In this document: positions 11,488-18,790 of the stretch, piece after piece
Position numbering within the stretch: the first letter of the stretch is position 1
Layout: each line of letters starts with the position of its first letter
IMG/VR virus record: IMGVR_UViG_2548876947_000004
DNA: 64,000 nt
Source of the DNA: a virus
Taxonomy: Duplodnaviria; Heunggongvirae; Uroviricota; Caudoviricetes
Direction: 5' to 3' (one strand)
Notes under the pieces: model-generated
What the model was told of the DNA's origin: nothing
The model's database searches: none
The model's input: only the letters and a program-made list of their open reading frames with translations
Position numbers and translations under genes: made by a program

Positions 11488-11980
11488 CTTGCTTTAAGCA
11501 CCCATCATTTTTAGCTTCCTTGTAAATACTTGAAATGCCATCAAGAGAGAATGATGTAATTCGACGCGCTCCGATGTATACATCCATGTTTTTTTCTTTT
11601 GTGTCTGATGCTGACTTCCAAAAAGAATACCATTCCCGACGATTAGGAGCAGTGTTTTGCGTGCCAATATTAAAGCCATCCTGACCAACAATTAAGGTAA
11701 TTACATTAGCTTTACGAGAAATTGTGTCGCGTGTAGAAAAATCAGCATTCTCTTTCCCTCCGCTTACATACAAATGTCTTCCAGCGATATGATCTTCGGA
11801 ACCTTCCCTTGCTCCAGCATCACAAGAAAAGTTAATTGTATAACCATCGTCATTGGTTGCAGAGATTTCTCTCCACCCTTGCTCACCTCCTACCGTCCAA
11901 ACGGTAGAACCTGCCATTGCTGATAATGGCAGAAAAGAGGACATTAATAAAAAGCTATACAATGACTTATACAATTTCAT
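11474..11980 (-). CDS. Secreted protein with Sec-type signal peptide (168 aa); cassette gene 2
   Basis: N-terminus MKLYKSLYSFLLMSSFLPLSAMA|GSTV is a classical signal peptide; AT-rich codon usage. Confidence 0.5.
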   Translation of the reverse strand: MKLYKSLYSFLLMSSFLPLSAMAGSTVWTVGGEQGWREISATNDDGYTINFSCDAGAREGSEDHIAGRHLYVSGGKENADFSTRDTISRKANVITLIVGQDGFNIGTQNTAPNRREWYSFWKSASDTKEKNMDVYIGARRITSFSLDGISSIYKEAKNDGCLKQDDGE

Positions 11981-12068
11981 ATTTTTATCCTTTTGGTTTC
12001 AGATATTATAGGCATAGTCCATATTGTTAGGTCCACTATGCCCAGAGAATTTAATATTATTCATTAAA

Positions 12069-12560
12069 TTATGGAGCTACACCCGGCCCCCTGGCTCGTT
12101 CTTCAAGCGTACCCTGCACGCTTTGATGGCGCATTCCCGGGGCATTTCTGATTGAGTCAATGCCATTTCTTCCAACATCTTCTTTATTCACGGCATTGCT
12201 CGCCACCAGCACACCCCAGCTAGGGATAGCAAAATCAGGAGCGGTTTCGCATGCCTTTACCATATAATCAAAAGTGCTTCGATTGATCTCGTTCGCGTCC
12301 GGATTTAACAGGCGAGAATATTGATATTTAGCATTTTCGTTGGTTGCGACTTTATACAGTTCTTGCTGCACCATCGCTTCAGAAAGTTTAAGGCGTTTCA
12401 TGTCTGAAAGTAACTTCTTGCGCATGGATTCGTCTTGGCTGACAGCAAAGCCGTAAACGTGCCCAAGGTATTTCGTGTAGTCGGTACAAATATCCTTTAC
12501 GCTTGATGCTGCATTAACAGTCCCAGCCATAAATAATAACGGTAGTAATAGTTTTCTCAT
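12069..12560 (-). CDS. Secreted protein with signal peptide (163 aa from the Met with an SD); cassette gene 1
   Basis: Start chosen at internal Met preceded by AGGTGAGG; MRKLLLPLLFMAGTVNA|ASS signal peptide. C-terminal 22 aa (GMRHQSVQGTLEERARGPG) resemble an internal motif of Sit. Confidence 0.5.
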   Translation of the reverse strand: MRKLLLPLLFMAGTVNAASSVKDICTDYTKYLGHVYGFAVSQDESMRKKLLSDMKRLKLSEAMVQQELYKVATNENAKYQYSRLLNPDANEINRSTFDYMVKACETAPDFAIPSWGVLVASNAVNKEDVGRNGIDSIRNAPGMRHQSVQGTLEERARGPGVAP

Positions 12561-12646
12561 TATAACCTCACCTGCCTTATAACTCATTTAGGGTACATAT
12601 TTTCGCCTTTAAAAAAAAGAGGTTATTAGATCCAACTGTGTATTTA

Positions 12647-12663
12647 TTAAACAAATAATGCTC
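12647..12663 (+). promoter_or_regulatory. C1 repressor operator (Op51-like) upstream of c4-icd-ant
   Basis: AATGCTCTAATAAATTT, 16/17 match to the P1 C1 operator consensus ATTGCTCTAATAAATTT. Confidence 0.7.
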
Positions 12664-12857
12664 TAATAAATTTGTCTTTTTAAGTCACGAATGCTATCTT
12701 TTCGCATCATATTGACCTTTTAATCGTTCAGGCTTATAGTTCCGCCGTCGTAGCAAATTCTGCGACCGGGTTTAGCAGCCTGAATACTTACGCGGACAAC
12801 CGCAGATTTCCGATATTGCGGTATTTTTGTGTCCGTAAACCACGTTACGCCCGAATT

Positions 12858-12940
12858 ATGGTGGGGCGTGATGGGGAGGCTTCGGCCTGCTGGTTTCGTA
12901 AGTGCCAGTCTGCTAACCCCGTCACGTCCTGCCACCTGTT
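12858..12940 (+). ncRNA. c4: c4-like antisense RNA (immI regulator), copy 1
   Basis: Between operator and icd: 10-bp closing stem (cgtgatgggg / ccccgtcacg, one G-U) around two hairpins (aggc-ttcg-gcct; ctgg-tttcgtaagtg-ccag). Loop tttcgtaagt is complementary to acttacgagg covering the icd SD at 12967-12976. Boundaries approximate. Confidence 0.45.
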
Positions 12941-12985
12941 TAGCAGCGGGTCGCAGGTTGTTTATCAACTTACGAGGCCGTAACT

Positions 12986-13207
12986 ATGGTTAATGCCAAT
13001 CCTTGCGCACGCCAAGAATTCATCTGGCGTTTCTATTCCTGTAAAAAACACCACTATCACTTCGTTATCGCAGCAACAGAAGACGAAGCACGCTCTCAAT
13101 TGCCTGATGGCCCCTGCATTTTTACTGCCCGTTTTTCAACTAACTCGCGCAATTCACTTAGTTACTGGAGCCTCCCCTTCTCTGCCGACGTTCAGGGGGG
13201 TTTATGA
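12986..13207 (+). CDS. icd: Icd-like small protein (73 aa)
   Basis: 73-aa ORF directly upstream of and overlapping (ATGA) the antirepressor gene; a second divergent copy is at 61200..61421. Confidence 0.6.
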   Translation: MVNANPCARQEFIWRFYSCKKHHYHFVIAATEDEARSQLPDGPCIFTARFSTNSRNSLSYWSLPFSADVQGGL

Positions 13208-14238
13208 AAACACCTCTCGTCACCCGTAATGAAATAGCCGAAGCGATCGCCTTGCATACTGCCTGTATGCCGACACGGGAGATCCCCGGCGCAATTGCTA
13301 ACTATTTCATGATAACCAGACGTTTTTATACCCGAACAGATAAGGCTGTGATCAACAGGCTACTGATAGCCGAGATCAGGGATTATTTGATTGAACAAGG
13401 ACGTCTACGTTACGCAACAGTGGCAGCAGAAATGAGAAAGGAGGCACATAGAATGACCGGTAATAATTTAAATGTTGAAAAACCAGCACCTGTTGCTTCA
13501 GCTACGCCAGCACCAGCCCTGAATGTCATCCCCAACACCGGAGACACAATCGACAGCCAAACATTGTTGAAGATGGTCAATGAGGCACGGAAATTATGTA
13601 GCGAAAAACCAGTTCGCAACAATGATTTCATTGCCAGAGTTAAGGATGAGCTTGAAGGAGAAACCTACGAAATTTTCGTAGGTCAAAAAAACGGCGCAGA
13701 AATAGATATTATAACCATGACCTACAAACAAGCCCTGCGAGTTGCCGCGCGCGAGTCAAAAGCGGTCCGCCGTTCGCTGATCGACAAACTGGAAGAATTA
13801 CAGCAGGCAAACTCCCCTACCCCATCGATCCCCAAGACATTACCAGAAGCCCTACGCCTGGCTGCCGAGTTAGCAGAACAGAAAATGCAGTTGGAACAAC
13901 AGCTGGTGGCCGCAGCCCCTAAAGTCGATTTTGCCGACCGGGTATCAGTGGCCAATGGAATCCTGATCGGGAACTTTGCAAAGGTCGTTGGACTTAAGCA
14001 AAACGCCCTTTTCTCATGGTTGCGCCAGAACGGCATTCTCATGGCTTTTGGTGCGCGCAAAAACGTACCGCGCCAACAGTACATCAACGCCGGGTATTTC
14101 ACGGTGAAAGAAGTTGTGCTGGATGATGAAAATGGCTACCAGATACGGCTGACGCCCCAATTAACGGGTAAAGGCCAGCAGTGGTTAACTCGCAAGCTAC
14201 TTGATGCTGGTTTGTTAAAACCAGTAGCAATAGGTTAA
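13204..14238 (+). CDS. ant: Antirepressor Ant (344 aa)
   Basis: C-terminal ~140 aa (...LPEALRLAAELAEQK...PKVDFADRVSVA...GKGQQWLTRKLLDAGLL) is the conserved phage antirepressor C-terminal domain; immI context. Confidence 0.7.
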   Translation: MKTPLVTRNEIAEAIALHTACMPTREIPGAIANYFMITRRFYTRTDKAVINRLLIAEIRDYLIEQGRLRYATVAAEMRKEAHRMTGNNLNVEKPAPVASATPAPALNVIPNTGDTIDSQTLLKMVNEARKLCSEKPVRNNDFIARVKDELEGETYEIFVGQKNGAEIDIITMTYKQALRVAARESKAVRRSLIDKLEELQQANSPTPSIPKTLPEALRLAAELAEQKMQLEQQLVAAAPKVDFADRVSVANGILIGNFAKVVGLKQNALFSWLRQNGILMAFGARKNVPRQQYINAGYFTVKEVVLDDENGYQIRLTPQLTGKGQQWLTRKLLDAGLLKPVAIG

Positions 14239-14250
14239 CAAAAGAAAAAA

Positions 14251-14277
14251 ACCTGCCAGCAAACTGGCAGGTTTCTG
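14251..14277 (+). terminator. Intrinsic terminator after ant
   Basis: acctgccag-caaa-ctggcaggt hairpin followed by T-rich tract. Confidence 0.5.
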
Positions 14278-14316
14278 AGCAGATCGTCCAACCCGATCTG
14301 GATCGAGTCAGAAAAA

Positions 14317-14333
14317 TTTGCTCTAATAAATTT
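14317..14333 (+). promoter_or_regulatory. C1 operator (Op53-like) upstream of kilA-repL
   Basis: TTTGCTCTAATAAATTT, 16/17 consensus match, ~70 bp upstream of kilA start. Confidence 0.7.
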
Positions 14334-14402
14334 CGTTTTCTAAGTGCAAAGAATCACCATTTCGAGCTGGTGATTGAAGGTTGATGCAAATTTGGAGAAA
14401 AA

Positions 14403-15203
14403 ATGCAACAAACATTCAATGCGGATATGAATATATCAAACCTTCATCAAAATGTCGATCCTTCAACCACTCTGCCCGTTATTTGTGGTGTTGAAATTAC
14501 GACCGACCGCGCTGGCCGTTACAACCTTAATGCTCTACACAGAGCGAGCGGACTCGGTGCCCATAAAGCGCCAGCTCAATGGCTAAGAACGCTGTCAGCT
14601 AAACAGCTCATCGAAGAGCTTGAAAAAGAAACTATGCAGAATTGCATAGTTTCGTTCGAAGGCCGTGGCGGCGGCACTTTTGCCCATGAATTGCTCGCAG
14701 TGGAGTACGCTGGTTGGATTTCTCCCGCGTTTCGGCTGAAGGTAAACCAGACATTTATCGACTATCGAGCTGGAAGATTACAACCTGCTATTCCGAAGAG
14801 CCTCCCAGAAGCTCTCCGTTTGGCTGCCGACCTGGCAGAGCAAAAGCAACGGCTGGAGCAAAAAATGCTGATGGATGCACCTAAAGTCGAATTCGCCGAA
14901 CGCGTTGCTACCGCCAGCGGGGTTCTAATCGGCAACTATGCCAAAGTGCTCGGCCTGGGCCAAAACTATCTCTTCACCTGGTTGCGTGATAACGGAATTC
15001 TGATCGCAACCGGTGAACGCAGGAACGTCCCCAAACAAGAATACATATCCCGTGGGTATTTCACCCTTAAAGAAACCGTGATCGATACAAGCAATGGAAG
15101 CAGGATTTCTTTCACGACTCGTATAACCGGCAAAGGTCAGCAGTGGCTGATGAAGCGATTGCTTGATGCTGGTGTGCTGGTACCTGTCGCGGCAACGCGC
15201 TAA
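14403..15203 (+). CDS. kilA: KilA (KilA-N-like N-terminus fused to antirepressor C-terminal domain, 266 aa)
   Basis: C-terminal domain paralogous to Ant (...IPKSLPEALRLAADLAEQK...GKGQQWLMKRLLDAGVL); position upstream of repL. Confidence 0.6.
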   Translation: MQQTFNADMNISNLHQNVDPSTTLPVICGVEITTDRAGRYNLNALHRASGLGAHKAPAQWLRTLSAKQLIEELEKETMQNCIVSFEGRGGGTFAHELLAVEYAGWISPAFRLKVNQTFIDYRAGRLQPAIPKSLPEALRLAADLAEQKQRLEQKMLMDAPKVEFAERVATASGVLIGNYAKVLGLGQNYLFTWLRDNGILIATGERRNVPKQEYISRGYFTLKETVIDTSNGSRISFTTRITGKGQQWLMKRLLDAGVLVPVAATR

Positions 15204-15232
15204 CAGACGTAGTAAGAACCACCAGCATTGTA

Positions 15233-16078
15233 ATGCTGGCTAAAGTCACTTTCCTGAGCTGTATAACGATGAGCGATTTTACTTTTTCTGGCTATGAATT
15301 GGCCTGCTTTGTAACACACTCCGGTCTATCCCGTAGCGCCGGGCATATCCTGTCGCAATGTGCAAATCTCGCGGCAACAACCAGTGAATACTTCATTCAC
15401 AAGCCTCACCGCCTGATCGCGGCAGAAACTGGTTATAGCCAATCAACCGTCGTTCGTGCATTCCGTGAAGCTGTAAACAAAGGAATCCTGTCAGTAGAGA
15501 TTGTTATCGGCGATCACCGTGAACGTCGCGCTAACCTGTACCGGTTTACACCATCCTTTTTGGCCTTCGCACAACAAGCAAAAAATGCGCTGATTGAAAG
15601 CAAATTAAAGATCTCTTCAGCGGCAACCAAGGTTAAAGCTGTTCTCGCTAATACATTGGCTTTATTTGATTTTTTATCCACCCCCCCATGTCAAAATGAT
15701 ACCCCCTCCCCCTGTCAGGATGACGTGGCAATAAAGAATAAGAAGTCACAAATTAAAAAAACAAAAAGATCAGTTTCCGGCGGTGCCGGAACGACCAGGC
15801 TCAAAAATTTGACTTCCTGGATCGCTGAGGCAAAAGCAAAGGCTGACAATCTGCGGTTATCCAAAAAACGCGCTCAAAAACATGAGTTCAAGCAGAAAGT
15901 AGAGGCGGCAGCGCGGAAATATGCTTACCTGAAGGACAAGCGTTCTCCTGATATTGGCGGGATATCAAACTTCGATAATCTGCCGCATTGCATGACGGTA
16001 AACGAAGCTCTTAATGCGGTTTTAGCCAAAAATAAAGATAACGAACAATGGGGTATACCGGCAGGATTCAGAGGGTGA
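15233..16078 (+). CDS. repL: Lytic replicon initiator RepL (281 aa)
   Basis: 281-aa ORF downstream of kilA under a C1 operator, matching the P1 L-replicon arrangement; a lytic origin inside the gene is expected from P1 biology but not verified here. Confidence 0.65.
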   Translation: MLAKVTFLSCITMSDFTFSGYELACFVTHSGLSRSAGHILSQCANLAATTSEYFIHKPHRLIAAETGYSQSTVVRAFREAVNKGILSVEIVIGDHRERRANLYRFTPSFLAFAQQAKNALIESKLKISSAATKVKAVLANTLALFDFLSTPPCQNDTPSPCQDDVAIKNKKSQIKKTKRSVSGGAGTTRLKNLTSWIAEAKAKADNLRLSKKRAQKHEFKQKVEAAARKYAYLKDKRSPDIGGISNFDNLPHCMTVNEALNAVLAKNKDNEQWGIPAGFRG

Positions 16079-16128
16079 TAGATTGCTCTAATCTGGAGTC
16101 ACCTGGCGTTTTCAGTTTGAGGTCGGAG

Positions 16129-16374
16129 ATGCAATCTGATTTTTTACAGTTAGCGATCGCTTTTGCAGGATATGTTTGTATTGGCTTCTGTGTATACATG
16201 ATCAGCCGAAAAATGCTTGTCGATATCGACCGCAAAGAACGAACAGAGGAGATCTTAGTATGGATTTTCTTTGGCGCGGTCTGGCCATTAGGGATCATGT
16301 TTGCTGCAACATTTCTTCTGATGTGGATATTCACCCTTCCAGGTGATTTCTATAGAAAAAAAGCCAGACATTGA
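16129..16374 (+). CDS. Small membrane protein (81 aa from Met with SD)
   Basis: Start at ATG preceded by GAGGTCGGAG; two hydrophobic segments. Confidence 0.35.
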   Translation: MQSDFLQLAIAFAGYVCIGFCVYMISRKMLVDIDRKERTEEILVWIFFGAVWPLGIMFAATFLLMWIFTLPGDFYRKKARH

Positions 16375-16497
16375 TACAATCGTTGCGGGTGCTTGAGGCT
16401 ATCTGCTTCAGGCATTACCCGAAAAGCAGATAGAAGAAAGCCCCAGATAACATTACGCGTCCTGCAAGACGCTTAACATTAATCTGAGGCCATATCT

Positions 16498-16704
16498 ATG
16501 CTTAGCATACGTAGATTAGCCTCTTACCGACCAAAAGGTCAAGGAGAAGCAGGCTATGAAGCAGCAAAAAGCGATGTTAATCGCTCTGATCGTCATCTGT
16601 TTAACCGTCATTGTGACGGCACTGGTAACGAGGAAAGACCTCTGCGAGGTACGAATCCGAACCGGCCAGACGGAGGTCACTGTCTTCACAGCCTACGAAT
16701 CTGA
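16498..16704 (+). CDS. mok-like overlapping reading frame of the hok locus
   Basis: 68-aa ORF overlapping the hok-like gene in another frame, as in hok/mok/sok loci. Confidence 0.3.
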   Translation: MLSIRRLASYRPKGQGEAGYEAAKSDVNRSDRHLFNRHCDGTGNEERPLRGTNPNRPDGGHCLHSLRI

Positions 16705-16711
16705 AAGGTAA
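16556..16711 (+). CDS. hok: Hok/Gef-family type I toxin (51 aa)
   Basis: MKQQKAMLIALIVICLTVIVTALVTRKDLCEVRIRTGQTEVTVFTAYESER is near-identical in pattern to the Hok/Gef (HokC) family; SD AAGGAG upstream; GC hairpin ggcgggga-gaga-tccccgcc at 16719-16738 typical of the hok mRNA 3' fold. Confidence 0.75.
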   Translation: MKQQKAMLIALIVICLTVIVTALVTRKDLCEVRIRTGQTEVTVFTAYESER

Positions 16712-16785
16712 GAGACCTGGCGGGGAGAGATCCCCGCCACTCTTCGTGTGTCAGGTATCCTCAATGCACCCTTTCCTCTCCAAAT

Positions 16786-16812
16786 AAAAAAGCTCCCGAA
16801 GGAGCTTTAAAA
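16786..16812. terminator. Bidirectional intrinsic terminator
   Basis: agctcc-cgaa-ggagct hairpin flanked by A-run upstream and T-run downstream, between convergent hok and structural genes. Confidence 0.55.
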
Positions 16813-16827
16813 TACAAGGGATGACTC

Positions 16828-17337
16828 TTAATCCCAATCAATCCAGTTGTAGACGATACGAAGTGACGGGCGCACAGCGGCAGTCACATCTTCGGTACTA
16901 AAGTCGATTGCATCACTGTAGATTTTGCAGTCCAACATTTCAATTGTTGTAGCAGCTTTTGTCACAGCGTTAACCCCGGAAGATTTGGATTCAGGGGTAG
17001 CAGCCATCGTGATATCAACATAGTCCTTCGCCGCAATGCGATCCTTGATGAACTGAAGAATATCGCCTTCGATAGTCTCCACGCACTGGACCTGGATTTC
17101 CCCAGAGTTTCGAATTGGACCGTGCTGGTTGAACTTCACACCATTCGGACCATAGTCCTCCACATCCTCGCGGGTCATTTCAGGAATTTGCGACGTGCGA
17201 ACCAGTACGCTGATATCTTCATGGCCTGCAAAAGTGAGCTGGAATTCAGAAGATACCAGTCGTTCGCCTTTGGCCGCGTTGGCAGTATAGCGGCCCTTAA
17301 TAAATTTACGGTTTCCCTTAGTGTTATTGTGCCCCAT
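16828..17337 (-). CDS. Virion structural protein (169 aa)
   Basis: ORF in co-oriented block downstream of the putative sheath gene; exact role not determinable. Confidence 0.4.
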   Translation of the reverse strand: MGHNNTKGNRKFIKGRYTANAAKGERLVSSEFQLTFAGHEDISVLVRTSQIPEMTREDVEDYGPNGVKFNQHGPIRNSGEIQVQCVETIEGDILQFIKDRIAAKDYVDITMAATPESKSSGVNAVTKAATTIEMLDCKIYSDAIDFSTEDVTAAVRPSLRIVYNWIDWD

Positions 17338-17348
17338 ATAAAATCCTT

Positions 17349-17930
17349 TTACTGGAACGCCCGAACAATATCGGAGCTGTTATATATCGAAGAACCGGTC
17401 AACTGGAGGTTGACGGTGTTTTTCAGGAAATGCCCATTGCTGTCCCTGGGCGCATCGAGATCGAAACTTATGTCCTGGATAGCGACATCAATGATGTTGA
17501 TCCGGCGACCAATGTTTAGCGTCACACGCTCCGGGATTCGACCACCAATACTGGCATCTTTAAGTTCCGGGCTAATCATCGCTGACAATGCGGCGATAGC
17601 TCCTGAAACCTCCGTGAATGGGTCAAACAAAGCGATGAAAGTTACTGGCAGCGTGAAAGTCGGCGGTGTTCCCCCCTCCCAAACCATTAAGCTGTTCCAA
17701 CGGGCCACCGACGTTGTTTCAGTACCAACCTGCGCAAAACCACTGAAAGCACCAGCAACAGACCCCATGGACATACCGGTAAACGGCGCTTCCCAATTCT
17801 GGGCCATGTTCATTGCTGCCCCCTGGCTGATATATCCGGTAACCTGGTACTGAGAGTTCGTTAAAGTAACTTTCAGAAATGGCGATACACCGTCAGCCTG
17901 GCTGTAAACCCCATAAGGTATAGGTGCCAT
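17349..17930 (-). CDS. Virion structural protein (193 aa), possibly tail tube
   Basis: ORF, tight spacing in sheath-proximal block. Confidence 0.4.
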   Translation of the reverse strand: MAPIPYGVYSQADGVSPFLKVTLTNSQYQVTGYISQGAAMNMAQNWEAPFTGMSMGSVAGAFSGFAQVGTETTSVARWNSLMVWEGGTPPTFTLPVTFIALFDPFTEVSGAIAALSAMISPELKDASIGGRIPERVTLNIGRRINIIDVAIQDISFDLDAPRDSNGHFLKNTVNLQLTGSSIYNSSDIVRAFQ

Positions 17931-17937
17931 TCAAGTT

Positions 17938-17962
17938 AAAGGCCGGAGTTCTCCGGCCTCCT
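17938..17962 (-). terminator. Hairpin downstream of the 271-aa gene
   Basis: ggccggag-ttct-ccggcc hairpin followed by T-rich tract on minus strand. Confidence 0.4.
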
Positions 17963-17965
17963 CCT

Positions 17966-18781
17966 TTAGCCGAGGCGCTTACGGCGCAGTTTCATTGACT
18001 TTTTGCGGGCCAGTTTTGCCGCGCCGGTCTGGGCTTTACGGCGTGCTTTTTTCAGCGCCGATTTTTGAGCCGCAGTCAGACGTTTTTTACGCAGGCGTTT
18101 ACGGATGAGTTTGATCTCACCATTACGAACAACCTTCTTAAATGCTTCAGTCAGCATTTCATCAGAAGTGCCAGCAACAACAAACGCCGCTTCCAGTTCG
18201 TCGCGGTCGTCGCTATCTAAACCAGCGATAGAGGCACCAACATCAGCAGCTGCGTCGTCGTCTTCATCGTCAGCCAGTGCTTCGATCAGGTCATCATCTA
18301 CACCGCATGCTGCGAGGAAGTCAGCAACATTTGCCCATGCTTCGTTATATGCATCGTCCTGTTCTTCTGTAACTTCGGAGTCGTCGTCATCAGAGATACC
18401 AGCGATAGCCTGAACGAAACCATCAAGGGAGTCGAAAGTCAGATCACCGCTATCAGCCCAGGCGAAAACGGCGTCGGCCGCATCACTCAACGCATTCTGC
18501 ATAGCACTTCGATTTGCAGCTTCCAGAATCATCTGGTGCGCCTGTTCGACGGTCCATTCTTTACCGTCTTTCCCTTCCAGGATTTGCTCAGGAGCCGGGG
18601 CAGATGGAACGTTATCGTTAGTCTGTGCCGCCGGTTCCGGATTATTATTAATAACCGGATCTGTTGGCGGTTCGGCGCTTGCTCGGGCAGACTCCATCAG
18701 CTGCACAGGATCAGAGTTCAAAGCGAAACGAGACAGTCCATTCCCCAAAAATGCCCCGGATTGAAAAAAGTTTTTGCTCAT
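17966..18781 (-). CDS. Acidic protein with Lys/Arg-rich C-terminal tail (271 aa)
   Basis: Asp/Glu-rich centre and RKRLRKKRL...RRKRLG tail; position between putative sheath and smaller structural genes. Confidence 0.4.
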   Translation of the reverse strand: MSKNFFQSGAFLGNGLSRFALNSDPVQLMESARASAEPPTDPVINNNPEPAAQTNDNVPSAPAPEQILEGKDGKEWTVEQAHQMILEAANRSAMQNALSDAADAVFAWADSGDLTFDSLDGFVQAIAGISDDDDSEVTEEQDDAYNEAWANVADFLAACGVDDDLIEALADDEDDDAAADVGASIAGLDSDDRDELEAAFVVAGTSDEMLTEAFKKVVRNGEIKLIRKRLRKKRLTAAQKSALKKARRKAQTGAAKLARKKSMKLRRKRLG

Positions 18782-18790
18782 TGTATTCCC

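Noticed and set aside
12720-12968. 82-aa minus-strand ORF between the cassette and icd
   Set aside because: Overlaps the operator/promoter and the structured c4-like RNA region on the opposite strand; more likely non-coding.
18105-18413. Ser/Ala-rich 102-aa plus-strand ORF
   Set aside because: Antisense to the acidic 271-aa gene; low-complexity translation of the complementary strand of an Asp/Glu-rich coding region.
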